This document shows, piece by piece, positions 61,457 through 64,000 of a DNA stretch of 64,000 nucleotides (position 1 is the first letter of the stretch; each line of letters begins with the position of its first letter). The notes under the pieces were generated by a model. The model saw only the letters and a list, made by a program, of their open reading frames with translations, did not search any database and was not told the origin of the DNA. Source of the DNA: Pseudogymnoascus verrucosus. Taxonomy: Eukaryota. Location of the stretch: NCBI GenBank assembly GCA_001662655.1, contig KV460213.1; one strand, written 5' to 3'. The position numbers and the translations under genes were made by a program.

Positions 61457-64000
61457 TATGTCGGTGGGGGGTGTGGCATCGGCGATCGAGAGGCCGGGTG
61501 TGGAGGAGACGGGTAGGCGCTTAGGCGGAGCGGGTTGCGGCAGTTGTGGTGCGCATGGGCTGCTTGGTGGGTGGTGATGGAGCTGGCGAGAAGGTGGATG
61601 AGCAGTGGGTGAAGCTGTAGCTGGGTTTGTTCGTGATTGTATGTTTGTGTAGCTGTTGTGGTGATGTTGTTTTGTGTGTTGATGGAGGAAGGAAGGATGA
61701 AGTTGAGTTGGAGTAGTAGTGGTCGTTATAGGTGTGACTTGGCTTAGCTTCAGATCGGGCATCCAGTTGCTAGTGCTCGTCACTGGCGTGGTGCCCTAGT
61801 GGTCCTGTCATGGTCGACGGGAGCGAATCAAGCGGCGGTTGCGGGGATGGGGGGAGAAGGCTGGGCGAAGAACAACTGGGCCAGCCTTGTAATGGACCAA
61901 CGAAGAGCGAATGAAGTTGGAGATAGTGGGCGAAGTACTGCAGGATGTATGGAGTACACACCGCAACTTAATGGACCAGCCACAAGAGTTGCGTATGTGC
62001 GGTTTGTGTAGTGTTAGAGGGTTCACGTGATTGAAACGGTGTGTGTGAGGGTTATTCACGACTCCACAGTTGTATGGAGTGCGTATAATTGTGTAGAGAA
62101 TTGTCGCTGAGATATAATACTACTAAGTTTATCTCTATTACCACAGTATTGTATTACAGTACTAAAGTAGATTCCGTCCTTCCCCTCTGCCGCCTGCCAA
62201 CTCCCGCCCGCCAACTAAATACTAGAGTACCATAGTTACCGCCGAGGATGTACCAAGGTACGACTATCCCATACAAATAGTACTCGGTACTCGCAGCGAT
62301 AAGGTTTCATGAACAGTACTCGCATTACTCTACTCTACTGACGGAATTGACGGAATTGTAAAATCTAAATCTAAATCTAAATAAAATCCGGAAACACGCG
62401 CACGGAAACAACGGAAACAGCTAACACTAGATATGCGACATGTATGACAATCTACACCATTACGCAAGGGGTTTGGTTGTGTCTGGCGGTTAACACCCCA
62501 AAAAAGACTTGGCGCGCGTATACTCGAGTGTGTATATATAGATACATTACCGCCCATATATACTCGTACCTAACTGGCGACTCGTCGTTGTCGTCTTCGT
62601 CATACAGTATGAGTCAATCCGTCAGTTGTACTCATATGCGCTGTTGCCTGCATCGCGTTTCATGCGATGCAGCCATACACGCGTTTTGAAAGGCATACAC
62701 AGAGAGTAAACCAGGTAAATACATACCCTCATAGTCGTTCATAGGCCATCTCCAGACGCCAGCACGCCGATATCCAACACAACATCTGGCCGCGGTCGCT
62801 GTTGCCTTCTTCACAGCCAGCGCAAACACATTTTGTGTGAGTAGCCAGTAAGTTTGTTGATACTTCCAACATCCAACTCCGTCTTCCCACATCTCCAACA
62901 CCGCAACTCCAGTGCCGCTTGCCCACACGAGGCCAGGCAGCAGGAGATGTGAACAAGAACCAACAACCCCATCCTACCATCACTTCCCTCCTTCTCCCAT
63001 CATCACTTCCCTCCCACTACCCCCATCCCCTCTCACACTTCCTCATCTACCACCATACCCGTGACACCCACAACCACCACCCCAAACCCAGCAAACACAA
63101 CGACAGAACCACCTTCCTATTCGAGCCAAAAGTGGATATACACCATACCTTCTTGCGTGATCGCCACTAGCGCGCGTCTCCCACCCTGCGCGATTGCCAA
63201 TAGCGAGGGGTCTAGGAAGTATAAGAGTATAAATCGACGACATCTCGTCGGTCGGAGTGTCTGACGGAGAAGTATGCGGTTGAGGCGGTGGGGAGAATCC
63301 TAGTCCGGACCGAGCCGTTGCTAGAATCGTAGGTAGTAAAGAGTGTGGCACGGCATATGCTATACGACTAGGACAAGGCTGATAAGTTGACGCGGGCTGC
63401 GCTATTGGAGCGGGAAGAATTTTGGGAGTTGTTAGAAAGAGAGCGATAGATAACGAGAGAAGATGGGCAGCAGAAAAGAGGAGAATGGAAGAGAGAAACC
63501 TTCAAATACCAGCGAAATCTCGCAACCAGTAACAACCACCGCATTAAATGCTGCAACTGTCTCCTCGAATCTCTAAGACGTGGTTTGTAGAATTCACACG
63601 AGAAGAGAATGAGGGACTATAGCTGGACGCGAAGGCGAAAGGACGACTTCGAAAAGAAGCTGCGGCGGCCATTGACTGCGTACCTGCTCTTAGCCCCGAT
63701 GTTTTTCAAGTCGAGTCCGCCGATCTATACAACAAGACGCCCTTTCCCAACCCCGTCACACAAAACATACGGTCATATCCAAGCAGTTTCGCCACATGCG
63801 TTAAACTACTCGAGCATTGCGACAACGGAGCTTATGCCCCAGCATCCAGCGATTACCCAAGCAGCAAACGGCGTCCAACCTCCTCTGCACCGGCTGAAAA
63901 CCCAATGGGTTATTTCCAAGTTATTTCATGTCATCTCTTTTCAGCTTTTTGTCAATATTACAGTCAGAAGATTGATTACAGTTACACTGTGTGGCTGGAT

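Noticed and set aside
62632..63351. Possible small minus-strand gene
   Set aside because: I could not build a consistent exon chain or recognise a protein; may be UTR or intergenic.
1..64000. tRNA, rRNA, snoRNA or intact transposon
   Set aside because: No cloverleaf or T-loop, rRNA, clear C/D box pair, transposase or RT motifs seen by eye; tRNAscan-SE and Infernal would be needed to exclude small RNAs.

Overview
Eukaryotic, intron-containing DNA from a filamentous ascomycete (GT-AG introns with CTAAC/CTGAC branch points; a Leotiomycete such as Pseudogymnoascus is my guess from sequence style only). The window has about 19 protein-coding loci, mostly housekeeping: an SSS-family transporter truncated at the left edge, a Tim44/Mba1-like protein, SEC2, SNX3, RIM2, PMT1, PRP21, an NDUFA4/MLRQ-like subunit, an ASH1-like SET methyltransferase, ERF2, PalI/RIM9, an ABC1 kinase, an atypical kinase, a very large low-complexity protein, SED5, an F-box protein, a Ded1-like DEAD-box helicase, a Pro-rich orphan and a conserved hypothetical protein. 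Non-coding highlights: (1) a TPP riboswitch aptamer (467-610) in the 517-nt transporter intron, with mutually exclusive long-range pairings; (2) an in-register array of about 13-14 56-bp monomers (about 55120-55900), partly arranged as a 168-bp three-monomer higher-order repeat, in which most monomers fold into their own hairpin with compensatory and G-U changes. It lies in a 1154-nt intron of an orphan gene that is head-to-head with the DEAD-box helicase and is the best candidate for an undescribed system; (3) an in-frame splice that would join two giant ORFs (45622 to 34498) into a protein of about 3480 aa, with a shorter isoform of about 1230 aa. I found no tRNA, rRNA, CRISPR array or intact transposon by eye.
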